This document shows, one piece after another, positions 1 to 11,575 of a stretch of DNA of 33,727 nucleotides (positions within the stretch are counted from its first letter, which is position 1; each line of letters opens with the position of its first letter). The notes under the pieces were generated by a model. The model did no database searches. It was not told where the DNA came from and saw only the letters and a program-made list of their open reading frames with translations. The translations under genes were made by a program, and so were the position numbers. This stretch comes from Nemertoderma westbladi. Its lineage: Eukaryota > Animalia > Xenacoelomorpha. The stretch is taken from positions 1 through 33,727 of the forward strand of contig JAUCBJ010007198.1 of assembly GCA_032718475.1 (NCBI GenBank), read 5' to 3'.

Positions 1-1065
1 CGATTGGGTCCGATGTGGTACCCATAAGGTCCGATGTGGTACCGATTTGGTCCAATGTGGTACCGATTTGGTCCGATGTGTTACCGATTGGGTCCGATTT
101 GGTACCGATTGGGTCCGATGTGGTACCCATAAGGTCCGATGTGATACCGATTTGGTCCGATTTGGTACCGATTGGGTCTGATGTGGTACCCATTTGGTCC
201 AATGTGGTACCCATTTGGTCCGATGTGGTACCCATATGGTCCGATATGGTACCCATTTGATCCGATGTGGTACCGATTTGGTCCAATGTGGTACCGATTT
301 GGTCCGATGTGGTACCGATTGGGTCCGATGTGGTACCGATTGGGTCCGATGTGGTACCCATAAGGTCCGATGTGATACCGATTTGGTCCGATTTGGTACC
401 GATTGGGTCCGATGTGGTGCCGATTTGTTCCAATGTCGTACCGATGTGGTACCGATTGGGTCCGATGTGGTACCGATTGGGTCCGATGTGGTACCCATAA
501 GGTCCGATGTGGTACCGATTTGGTCCAATGTGGTACCGATTTGGTCCAATGTGGTACCGATTTGGTCCGATGTGGTACTGATGTGGTACCAATTGGGTCC
601 GATGTGGTACCGATTGGGTCCAATGTGGTACCCATAAGGTCCGATGTGATACCGATTTGGTACCGATTGGGTCCGATGTGGTGCCGATTGGGTCCGATGT
701 GGTACCGATTGGGTCCGATGTGGTACCCATAAGGTCCGATGTGATACCGATTTGGTCCGATTTGGTACCGATTGGGTCCGATGTGGTGCCGATTTGTTCA
801 AATGTCGTACCGATGTGGTACCGATTGGGTCCGATGTGGTACCGATTGGGTCCGATGTGGTACCCATAAGGTCCGATGTGGTACCGATTTGGTCCAATGT
901 GGTACCGATTTGGTCCGATGTGGTACCGATTGGGTCCGATGTGGTACCGATTGGGTCCGATGTGGTACCCATAAGGTCCGATGTGATACCGATTGGGTCC
1001 GATGTGGTGCCGATTTGTTACAATGTGGTACCAATGTGGTACCGATTGGGTCCGATGTGGTACTG
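1..1065 (+). repeat. 21-bp tandem array (GGTCCGATGTGGTACCGATTG/T), left arm
   Basis: Directly visible unit built from 10+11-bp subunits, with GGTACC in most units. A variant block (GATTTGTTC.AATGTCGTA) recurs at 422 and 791. Degenerate units also occur at about 1425-1525. Confidence 0.97.
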
Positions 1066-1419
1066 ATTTTCTTATTATTTTGGTTAATGCAGCATACATG
1101 TAACTGTAAGCGCAACCTGTTCTTTTACTTTATTTTGTTTATTTGTCAGTTTATTAATGTTTAATAATTTGGCATAATGATATACTGTAATACCCAAAAA
1201 ATATCAACATCTAGGAGAAGAGTATTTTGTACTCTTGATGACATTTGAATTCCCGATAGACTGTATGGTTTATGAATGCCATGGAGTTTTATCACCGAAC
1301 ATCTAACTGTCAATCGAAAGAGACATTGTAGTAACACCATATGCGATCCGAGGATTCAATCATGCAACATATTCTTCCACCAATCGGAATGGACTGTGGA
1401 GTCGTCTGGGATCTCTGGA
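1066..1419 (+). repeat. Unique inner part of the long inverted repeat (partner 4445-4792)
   Basis: The reverse complement of 4445-4792 matches with few differences; the ORF track shows the same C-terminal peptide for 772..1164+ and 4693..5085-. Confidence 0.95.
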
Positions 1420-2946
1420 TCATGTGCGGTATCGATTACGTCTGACCGGGTCTGATGTGGTAGCGATTAGGTTCGTTGTGAACCCGGTTGGATCCGATGT
1501 GGTATCGATTTGGACCGATGTGGTAACTCTATCCTACACACTTATTTTAATTTATTTTGTGTATTTTACGATCACTATTCTAGGTACTTATTTTACATTG
1601 TATATCAGTATATTGCATACTTTCAGTACATATTTACTAATATTGTAATTAATTGATATTGGACTTGTTTTATATCGTGTATACTGTATGTTAAGTTAAT
1701 ATTAAACTACGTTGATGGATTTTATTGTGTGTAAGTGATACTTTCACAAAAATATGTTAATAATGGTTCCTACGTCCTGGTCATTCATTATTATTTAATT
1801 TTTACTTTATTAAACTTGGATTTGTCCCATAATGTATACTTCGCTAAACGGACCCAAAGCACCCGGTTTCTACCTTTTTCTCATCCCAGAGGTTTTTCTA
1901 TGGTGTTACAGTACACTATTTTTTATATGTCAGAAGGAAGCAATATACAGTACTACTTGGGAAGAACAGAAAATCACTGTGTTTTTGTACTATACTAAAA
2001 TGTTGTGGATGTCCGTAAATAACAAGTCATTGAAGGACCATGTTCTAGCGGAAAATATTTTACGTTAGCCGGAAAACCAAAACACTAAGCGAGGTAAAGC
2101 CTCGCTTAGTAAAACCTGGAACCTTTTTGAGATTCAAATCCGTTTTAGGAGCTTATCGTGCCAAGGAGCACGAGAAATCCATTACACAAATGTCATGGGT
2201 GAAAGGGAGTTGTGGCGGGGCAATTCTGTCGACAAACCTGAACAGCATTCTTAATATATATGTAATATATATAATGCAGCTGCAATGCAGCATGCCGATC
2301 GTAGTAGTAGCTCTCTAAGCAATAATCCAAACGGAATGAACTCAATGAAGATACACTACTGTATAGAATATCAAGCTAACAGTCGGCCGAGGATGGAGGC
2401 GTCCCGAATTCTCCTCTTTCAATTGCTGCAACCCGAAGGTGGGGGTGGGTGGGCGCTTCTCCTTTCCCAAGTTTTGCCCCAAGTAAGTCAACTGGTCCGC
2501 ATTTTATCGACCTTGAATGACCACAAAAACGACCAAGATTGTCTTAAACCATGGCAAACTTAGGCAACTTAGCTGATCCTAGACTCTGTCAATGTTCTTG
2601 GCAAACGAGACAACTGTTGCATTGCTATTGCACACTTTATCTTGGATTTACAGTACTGTATATTTATTTACATTATGAGTATTTTGCTTACAAAAGCTTA
2701 TGTAGCAGTGTATATTTTCGTATCATAGAAGCAATGTTTCGATTATTGAGATGCTTCTATTGTGTGCCGGGTCGCACCCGTCACAGAGACATACAGTATA
2801 GTATACGACATCGATTGGCATAGTATGGCAGGGCCCTAGACTTACTACTGTACAAATTATTATAGTTACTTTTTAAAGTTTCATTTCCCAATTATTATAA
2901 TGCAGTATGTTATTCTTTACATGAACCATTTCGACTCCCTATCCAC

Positions 2947-3586
2947 CTGCGAATATCTGCGAACCACCTATTTAAGCAGGCATTTGAGTGGAAGCCTCTG
3001 AACAGAACACTAACCATTTTTAGGGGTGGATGGATGGTCTGTGCGGCAACTGAACAGAACACTGACCTTTATTAGGGTGGAATGGATGGTCTGTGCGGCA
3101 ACTGAACAGAACACTAAGCGTTATTAGGGGTGGATGAATGGTCTGTGCGGCAACTGAACAGAACACTAACCGTTATTAGGGGTGGATGGTCTGTGCGGCA
3201 ACTGAACAGAACACTAACCGTTATTAGGGGTGGATGGATGGTCTGTGCGGCAACTGAACAGAACACTAGAAAGCCTCGCCCACTTCCAGAGTTGGTTAGA
3301 TTGGGTCACAGATTCAATGTATAGGGATGTGGAAAGAGCATTCATTGGACAAGGTAATTATAAACTTGATATAACTTATAAAAGATTCCGACTAACTCCC
3401 AGTGCCTGGGAAGGGATGAACACGGAGCAAAGGCAGAAACATGTGAAGGCCTTTCTGAACTTTGTTCCACGTGGTACCTACGCCGCTGTTACATCCAGCG
3501 ATGGAAAACTAGCTACGATAAAGCCCAAACTGACAGGTGGTAAAAAGAAGGGGCAAAAGGCGCGTAAACGGTCGGGGAAGAAGTAA
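2947..3586 (+). pseudogene. MULE/MuDR-type DDE transposase C-terminal remnant, frameshifted and interrupted by a minisatellite
   Basis: Joined frames read CE/SANHLFKQAFEWKP-[insertion]-RPLPELV/..MYRDVERAFIGQGNYKL...W..M..EQRQKH...GGKKKGQKARKR. This resembles the TNNxxESxN catalytic-Glu region and downstream helices of invertebrate MULE transposases (recognised by eye). Confidence 0.65.
2998..3270 (+). repeat. 52-bp minisatellite, about 5.3 copies, flanked by an AAGCCT duplication
   Basis: CTGAACAGAACACT starts at 2998, 3050, 3102, 3154, 3202 and 3254. AAGCCT occurs at 2992-2997 and 3271-3276. Confidence 0.9.
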
Positions 3587-4792
3587 ATATAGTGTATAGG
3601 TCAACTTTATACTGTATTATATGATATTATGTTCTGATTATAAAACATATAAACTTCAAATAAAAACCATCTGTAACATTGAATTGAACTAGGCCTACGG
3701 TAAGTACACTACACAGTATATGGCCCAAATTAAATTTGGATAAAATAAGAATTAATTTTATCGAAAGACCAGATCAGTGACCAACAAAATCAACATACTT
3801 TTGTAAAAGTAGCCCACTTAACAGTGTGTGTTATACAGTATATAAGCGAGGGTTATAATATACAGTCTTATTGAAACCTACTCAAAAGTATGTTATTAAT
3901 AATTTAATACAATTATAATAAATATATTTTACGAAATTCCACTAAAAATACTTTCAAATTTGTTATCTTTGCTTTTTGTGCCGGGCCGGAAATGAGTAAT
4001 TTTTTCCTTAGGGAAAATAGTGCCCATCTCGTTATTAATCGATAATTTTCTCAGCGCAAAAACTATGTAAAAAATATAAATAAATGTATAACTAGAGTAA
4101 TGTATAATAATATGAAATACAGTATAAATAATATGCAATGATCTGGGATTGTTTGAGAAATAAATTATATAAGAAATTGAAAATATTTATTTACTTCCTA
4201 AGTAAAAACGCAACGACATGCGCACACCACAATAGATTAAAACAATTCCAACGGTCACTAATGGCTGATAGTGGCCGTAACTAAATAATATAATAATATA
4301 TTATCTATAATTTGATCTTCAAAAAGTTGAAAATTTATAATTAGATAAAATGTACTGTGTAGGCCTACAGTACATATGAAATACAGTATAAATATGTCAT
4401 GATCTGGGATTGTTTGAGCAATAAAGTAGATGGCACCTCCAGCGTCCATGGATCCCAGGCGACTCCATTCCGATTGGTGGAAGAATATGTTGCATGATTG
4501 AATCCTCGGATCGCATATCGTGTTACTACAATGTCTCTTTCGATTGACAGTTAGATGTTCGTTGATAAAACGCCATGGCATTCATAAACCATACAGTCTA
4601 TTGGGAATTCAAATGTCATCAAGAGTACAAAATACTCTTCTCCTAGATGTTGATATTTTTTGGGTATTACAGTATATCATTATGCCAAATTATTAAACAT
4701 TAATAAACTGACAAATAAACAAAATAAAGTAAAAGAACAGGTTGCGCTTACAGTTACATGTATGCTGCATTAACCAAAATAATAAGAAAATC

Positions 4793-6030
4793 AGTACCAC
4801 ATCGGACCCAATCGGTACCACATTGGTACCACATTGTAACAAATCGGCACCACATCGGACCCAATCGGTATCACATCGGACCTTATGGGTACCACATCGG
4901 ACCCAATCGGTACCACATCGGACCCAATCGGTACCACATCGGACCAAATCGGTACCACATTGGACCAAATCGGTACCACATCGGACCTTATGGGTACCAC
5001 ATCGGACCCAATCGGTACCACATCGGACCCAATCGGTACCACATCGGTACGACATTGGAACAAATCGGCACCACATCGGACCCAATCGGTACCAAATCGG
5101 ACCAAATCGGTATCACATCGGACCTTATGGGTACCACATCGGACCCAATCGGTACCACATCGGACCCAATCGGCACCACATTGGACCAAATCGGTACCAC
5201 ATCGGATCAAATGGGTACCATATCGGACCATATGGGTACCACATCGGACCAAATGGGTACCACATTGGACCAAATGGGTACCACATCAGACCCAATCGGT
5301 ACCAAATCGGACCAAATCGGTATCACATCGGACCTTATGGGTACCACATCGGACCCAATCGGTACCAAATCGGACCCAATCGGTACCACATCGGACCAAA
5401 TCGGTACCACATTGGACCAAATCGGTACCACATCGGACCTTATGGGTACCACATCGGACCCAATCGGTACCACATCGGACCCAATCGGTACCACATCGGT
5501 ACGACATTGGAACAAATCGGCACCACATCGGACCCAATCGGTACCAAATCGGACCAAATCGGTATCACATCGGACCTTATGGGTACCACATCGGACCCAA
5601 TCGGTACCACATCGGACCCAATTGGCACCACATCGGACCCAATCGGTACCAAATCGGTATCACATCGGACCTTATGGGTACCACATCGGACCCAATCGGT
5701 ACCACATCGGACCCAATCGGTACCACATCAGTACCACATCGGACCAAATCGGTACCACATTGGACCAAATCGGTACCACATCGGTACCACATTGGACCAA
5801 ATCGGTACCTCATCGGACCTTATGGGTACCACATCGGACCCAATCGGTACCACATCGGACCCAATCGGTACCACATCGGTACGACATTGGAACAAATCGG
5901 CACCACATCGGACCCAATCGGACCAAATCGGTATCACATCGGACCTTATGGGTACCGGGCATCGGACCCAATCGGTACCACATCGGACCCAATCGGTACC
6001 ACATCGGACCACATCGGACCACATCGGGGC
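4793..6030 (-). repeat. 21-bp tandem array, right arm (inverted relative to 1-1065)
   Basis: Units such as CCACATCGGACCCAATCGGTA, with the same variant blocks as the left arm. Confidence 0.97.
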
Positions 6031-6537
6031 CACTGCAACCTGCTCCTTTCCCTAAATTGAGAATATAACATTGAGGCGGGATATTAATTCGCCAAGATGG
6101 GATTTGAGTCCAGTCCCCCCCCCCCCCCCCCCCGTTTCAAATTATTTCAAACAATGCATTTGATAACGTTTTCTCTTTCAAACTTCTTGCCTTCCCTTCC
6201 GCAGACTGGAGAACTGAAGATTGTCTCTAGTGCATGTGTTATATATCAGTCAGTCAGTATATAGTACAGTATAGTATAGTATAATTATACAAATACAATA
6301 ACTGCCAAGCTCATTGTGTATACCTGCAGACGGGTACAGTACTGTATAAGTAGGGGCAATAGTCTCTGCATTAGATATTGTAGTATCTAGTACCTACTGC
6401 AGTGCAGTACCGGTTACCAGCCTGACATGTTGTCAGAAAGACTAACAATTACCCGGTACTGAATTACTGATACGAGTTTGGTCAGTTGGCTGGTTGGTGC
6501 TGGAACTTGTTATTTACATCCTAAATTGCTATTTTAT

Positions 6538-6657
6538 GGCCGATGTGGCTCCGATGTGGCCCCGATGTGGTCCGATGTGGCCCCGATGTGGTCCGATGTG
6601 GTCCGATTTGGTCCGATGTGGTACCGATTGGGTCCGATGTGGCTTTTAGACGGACCC
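6538..6657 (+). repeat. Short terminal CCGATGTGG array and putative right terminus GGACCC
   Basis: About ten 10/11-bp subunits followed by CTTTTAGACGGACCC. Confidence 0.75.
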
Positions 6658-6879
6658 GTCTGCCTGGTGCTAGCGCTAGGTTCGGCTGATTTCTGCGCCA
6701 GGCAAATATGTACGCCGGGCTGCCGGGTGTGCTGGGTTGATTCCTGCTCCGGCGCCGGGTCAATTTCTGCAGCGACGACGCTGTATTTCGAATATTTCGA
6801 CGCCTGCTGCGCCGAGCGCATAGCATCTCTATCATTGCCAGTCTGCCAGTGCTGCGCCGAACGTGTTCGGCGTACATGT
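6658..6879 (+). repeat. Truncated copy of the right subterminal region of the 7773-11120 element
   Basis: Aligns with 10810-11102, from GTCTGCCTGGTGCTAG to CGCCGAACGTGTTCGGCGTACATGT. It lacks the terminal AAAACTTTTCAATAGGG. Confidence 0.85.
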
Positions 6880-7149
6880 CAGCTATTTACGTATTCACAT
6901 TTACGTGTCACTATTTACTCTACTCTGCCGTGCAATTACTGCCCTACTGCCCTATACTGTATAAAATATATTATAATTTTTACTTATTTTTGCATTCCCA
7001 AATATGGTGCGTCACCTTACAGCCTTAACCTTCTTAATTTTTCGGTATATTTCTGAATTTATCACCTCCTTTTTTTTTAACTTTTATACACTTGCCTAAC
7101 CGAAACACGTTTTTAGCCTGACAGAATTATCTAATTGTTCAATTTGAAC

Positions 7150-7608
7150 GGGTCCTACGAATTACCCCAAAATACCCCAAAAAACCCCAAAATATCCCAA
7201 AATACTCCAAAATACCCCAAAATAGTCAAATATTACCCCAAAATACCCCAAAAAGGCTAAAAAATTACCCCAAAATACCCCAAAATAAGCTAACCATGTT
7301 TTTTAACAGCGAGGGAAAGGAGCAGGTTACAGTGGCAAGTTTTTTTAACCAAAACAATAAACGAGAGTGAAGAAAAAAATTTTAATTATTTTGGGGTAAT
7401 TCGTCATTATTTTGGGGTAATTCGTCATTTTGCCATATTTTGGGGTAAATTAAATTTCCAAAACAAAGGCTGAAAAAAAAGTATTTTGGGGTAATTCTAA
7501 ACTATTTTGGGGTATTTTGGGGTAGTTTTATACTATTTTGGGGCCTTTTGGGGTGTTTTGGGGTATTTTGGGGTGTTTTGGTGTATTTTGGGGTAATTCG
7601 TAGGACCG
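7150..7608. mobile_element. MITE (about 459 bp), probably MULE-derived
   Basis: TIR GGTCCTACGAATTACCCCAAAATAC / GTATTTTGGGGTAATTCGTAGGACC; internal inverted 10-bp ATACCCCAAA arrays; perfect 8-bp TSD ATTTGAAC at 7142-7149 and 7609-7616. Confidence 0.92.
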
Positions 7609-7795
7609 ATTTGAACTACAAACCGAAAGAAAATAATTGTATCTAATTTAATTTATGTACGTAATTTAATTTATGTCTGTATGTAGGCTACGTAATTTGC
7701 ACTCTGCCTTACCATACAGTATATCATTTTCTTAATCGTTGTGTTTATATCTACGTATATGTCAGATGTCGGCCCTATTGAAAAGTTTTATTTTC

Positions 7796-8035
7796 TGCGC
7801 CGAACGCGGCGCCGGGTGCCAAAAATCCTGCGCCGGCTCTGAGCAAAACCACGCCGGGTGCAAAAAATCCTGCGCCGGCTTTGAGCAAAACCACGCCGGG
7901 TGCAAAAAATCCTGCGCCGGCTCTGTGCAAACTCACGCCCATGCCGGGTGCAAAAACATGCGCTGGCTCTGTGCAATGCAAAATGCTGCGCCGGGTGAAA
8001 AATGTTCCGCCGGCTCTTCAAAGCTGCACCGGGCT
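7796..8035 (+). repeat. 42-bp subterminal tandem repeat (CGCCGGGTGCAAAAAATCCTGCGCCGGCTCTGAGCAAAACCA), about 5 decaying copies
   Basis: CGCCGGGTG at 7810, 7852 and 7894, with further degenerate copies. Confidence 0.85.
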
Positions 8036-8225
8036 GACTGGTATAAAACATAAAAATCTCCCTGATACATACTGTACAGTACCTTTAGTATATTCTGTTA
8101 TCTATAATACAGTAATACTTCACCTGCATATAGTATACTGTATGTAATGAATGAAATATGTATGTATTGAAACATATGCCCCGCCCCCCTCCCCTGTCTT
8201 AGTTGATGGTACCTACAAGAGACAT

Positions 8226-8305
8226 GTATTCATTTAAATACTGCATGATATCGTATTCAAAATTCGTATTCATTTAAATACTGCATGATATCGTATTCAA
8301 AATTC
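8226..8305 (+). repeat. 40-bp tandem duplication
   Basis: GTATTCATTTAAATACTGCATGATATCGTATTCAAAATTC occurs twice. Confidence 0.9.
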
Positions 8306-9629
8306 AACTAACTTTTATGCTCCATAGAAAGTAATAATAAGATACCAAAATAAAAAAGTAAATAATAATAAATAAAAAAGTATGGGGTTTTATGGATTTG
8401 GATATTTGAATATATTATATTAAACTTTATATGGTTTTAATAATTATTATTTCTTGCATGTTAAACTAAATCATCAGGTAGAGCGTGCCATTTAACTGAT
8501 TAATAAGTATTCATGGTAAATTGGCATTCGTTTGTAAAGAACTTGGTTCGTAAACGTTCCGCTCTTAAATGAACGAAAGTTGTGGGTGGGTGAAATGAAA
8601 ATAAGGATACAGAGACGGAAAACCTTAAAGACAAATGCAAAAAGTACAGTAGGTACGTTGTTTTATTCCAAAAGTGTAACATTATTACGAAACAAATACT
8701 AAGAAACACTGCATGTAAATTTTTGTTGTCAAGTAAAGTGTACATTTTTTGAAATTACTCAAATGTTACAATATTAATCATAGAAAGAATATTAAAGACT
8801 ACTGCAGTAGGCCTAGTCCTTGTATTTATGTACTACTTTCTACTGTACTACATACTACGTACTGTGGTCCTATACGTCTATGCTACAGATACAGTATGTC
8901 TGAATGAATAATGACTAGCTGTATGTTATGTTTATTAATATCGGCAGAATAACAATATAATATTAATTTTTGCACATGTACGTACACGTACAGTAGATTT
9001 AAATATAATGAACACATATCTGGCAAAGTACGCTAATAAGCGTATGTACTATTGTAATAGAAATACGGATAATGGTATTCAGGTAAAATTAGTAAAATAA
9101 TTAAAATTATAGTTTATTTACAGTACTTACAGTTGGTGCATGTTAATTATTAAAAAAATGAAATTACAGTAAAATTAAATTAAAATCCGGCAAAGCATTA
9201 GGTTAAAGGCTTCAACAACATACTGTACAGTACTAAAGGCAAACATATTAATAAGGGACAAGTTTACAATACTCTATAGGATACAAACAACACAAAAATA
9301 CGTATTTATACGGAATATAAATTTGGTACCGTAGGTACACTGTACAGTAGTACCGTATGTCGCATAAGTACAGGTAAAATATTACTGCTGAAATAAAACG
9401 TGCAAAGTAAAGTAACTACAAAAGATAGGATAACAATTAAACATAAAATAACACTATTTTAAAATTTAACATACAAAAAAAATATTTTTTGGGATTGAAA
9501 AAAATGAAAATAATAAGTACTGTAGCTATGTAGATTTTAATAAAGAAATCGTTGTATCCGAAAGATGTTGCTTTCGCTACTGCCACTTGGCGCACAGGAG
9601 TATCACTATATATTCATTTTAAGGGACAT

Positions 9630-10365
9630 TTCGCAGTCTAGTCTATTTTTGAATATGCTCAATCATGGAGTACCAAGGGTATTACGTGCATTAACAACAC
9701 TTTCCGGTAATGGTAAAGGATTCCAAATGTTTACAACGCTGTCTGCATAGTTGTTGCATCTCCTTTGAGTCCTATAGTTCGAACTTTGTACAGCGCCAAG
9801 AAAGAGCCTCGTGTTGAGTATTGGTCGAGTTCAGAACGAAACTGGAAGAAATTACTTCGCTCAATATTGTCAATCCCGTGGATAAACTTTTATGTTGTTA
9901 TAAGGTCGGCTAGTACACGGCGATATATTAATGTCGGTAGTTTGAGTGCACGTAGTCGGTTTTCATATGACAACTGTGGCACGGGGTTGTACTTGTTCAA
10001 GACGATTCGTATTCAAGGAGAGGCCGAACAAGGGATTTGTATAACAGGGTCAGAGGGTAAACATCGGAGCTTCCAAATATGTAAAAGTTCTTCGTATTAA
10101 ATGTACGACTCGCATGGCATGGGCTGCAGTCTTTGTGCAGTGAGTTGTGAAGGACAAGTTTGGTGTAAATGTAATTCCCAAATCACGTTCCTCGGTTGCC
10201 GATAAAAGTGTCCGTCCATTCATTGTGTAAAAAGTTGCTTGGGGATTTCTAGAACCTAGATGCATTACCTTGCACTTGGAGTCATTGAACTGCTGAACTG
10301 CAATTTCCAATGGTTACAACATTCCACTAGCGTCTAGATCAGCCTGTAAGGCCTGTGTGTCAGTA
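9630..10365 (-). pseudogene. CR1/L2-group LINE ORF2 (reverse transcriptase C-terminal/thumb region) fragment
   Basis: Minus-strand peptides ALQADLD, FNDSKCKVMHLG..YTMNG..EERDLG..F..HC..AA..IRRTFTYL, LSYENRLRALKLPTL.YRR..DLI and VVNIWN.LP..ESVVNA...FKNRLD are typical of CR1-clade 3' ends. Stops and frameshifts are present. Confidence 0.9.
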
Positions 10366-11575
10366 ATAAATTGTTTCATTATCAATAGTGCAATTGCCAT
10401 AGTACCGGTATAAGTCGTTTTGTTTTATTCACTGTTCAACTTTATCCTGTTTTATTATGTGCAGTTTTATTTATACGCTTCTATGACAGCGGTGTCTCCA
10501 TCCAAATAATATAATATAATATAAATATAGCTTATACTGTACAATACAGCACAGCAATATGTAAATAAATAAACTGACTAACCATTAGCAATGATGACTG
10601 ATCAGCTGATAGCTGGAACTGTGATAGCCTACCTGCTGACCTGCCTACTTCATAACAGCATAAGGCTAAATACGTAGGATAAATGACCAGTTGCAGTCAG
10701 CCAGTGTGAGTTTCCATTCTGCCTCCTGCATGGCCAGTTGGTTTTATTGTGTTGCTCTGCTGATGGTCTGATGAACGCATGTCTGTTGTCATGCTGTCTC
10801 AGTCTCACTGTCTGCCTGGTGCTAGGTTCGGCTGATTTCTGCGCCAGGCAAATATGTACGCCGGGTGTGCTGGGCTGATTCCTGCTCCGGCGCCTGGTCA
10901 ATTTGGCAGCGACGACGCCGGGAATATTTCGACGCCTGCTGCGCCGAGCGCAGCATCTCTATCATTGTCAGTGCTCCGCCGGCTACGCCGGCGTAGCACA
11001 TCTCTGCGCCGACCCTTCCGGCTCATTACCCGGCGTAGCAAATTTCTGCGCCAGCTCCCGGCGCAAGTTCTAGTGCTGCGCCGAACGTGTTCGGCGTACA
11101 TGTAAAACTTTTCAATAGGGTATGTCGGTATGTTTATACTTTACTTCGTTCATCGTTTGTCAAATAAATAATTCCAATTCCAGCATGTAAAACTTTTCAA
11201 TAGGGGCAGGCACAGTGACAAACACCTTTCCCCAGTCTGCCAGTCACCAGTGGCCATTTTTGGACCGATTTGTCAGTTTGTCACAAATTGCACACAGACA
11301 CTCTCTGACAGTCTGCAGGTCTGACCTATGTCAGTATGTCAGTATGTGTAACTTCATGGAAAAATAATTTTAATTAGGTGATTTTCCGCTTCGAGCAGCA
11401 CGATTGAAAATCATGACTTTATGGCTTTTTTTTATCGAAAAGTCAATTTGGCTCATTCCTGTCCAGCCTGTTTGGGCTGTTGGGGGCCTCCATCAGTCCA
11501 TCCTACTGTCCTATAGGCTACTATTAGGCCTATTATTGTCTATTCCCTACTGCCTACTGCTGTACCCTCTGCAGT

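Larger units (their letters stand above)
1..6657. mobile_element. Foldback-type Mutator-like (MULE) DNA transposon, decayed; left end lies outside the window
   Basis: 1-1419 and 4445-6030 are inverted copies, each made of a 21-bp array plus about 350 bp of near-identical unique sequence. A MULE transposase remnant sits between them. A short 21-bp-type array at 6538-6642 ends in TTTTAGACGGACCC (6657), matching the GGGTCC-type terminus of the MITE at 7150. From 6658 a different repeat starts abruptly in mid-sequence. Confidence 0.7.
7773..11120. mobile_element. Non-autonomous TIR DNA transposon (about 3.35 kb), superfamily uncertain
   Basis: Perfect 18-bp TIR CCCTATTGAAAAGTTTTA / TAAAACTTTTCAATAGGG, extending imperfectly to CGCCGAAC. 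Flanks are GATGTCGG (7765-7772) and TATGTCGG (11121-11128), an 8-bp TSD with one mismatch. Both subtermini are rich in CGCCG motifs. Confidence 0.8.

Noticed and set aside
15-6068. Many overlapping ORFs (VVPIGSD, GPNRYHI, GTTSDPI repeats), up to 437 aa
   Set aside because: They are translations of a stop-poor 21-bp array, open in most frames on both strands.
7329-7357. Resemblance of TACAGTG-n13-ACCAAAACA to a RAG/Transib recombination signal (CACAGTG-12-ACAAAAACC)
   Set aside because: It lacks the essential first C, and conserved sequence extends through the would-be cleavage site.
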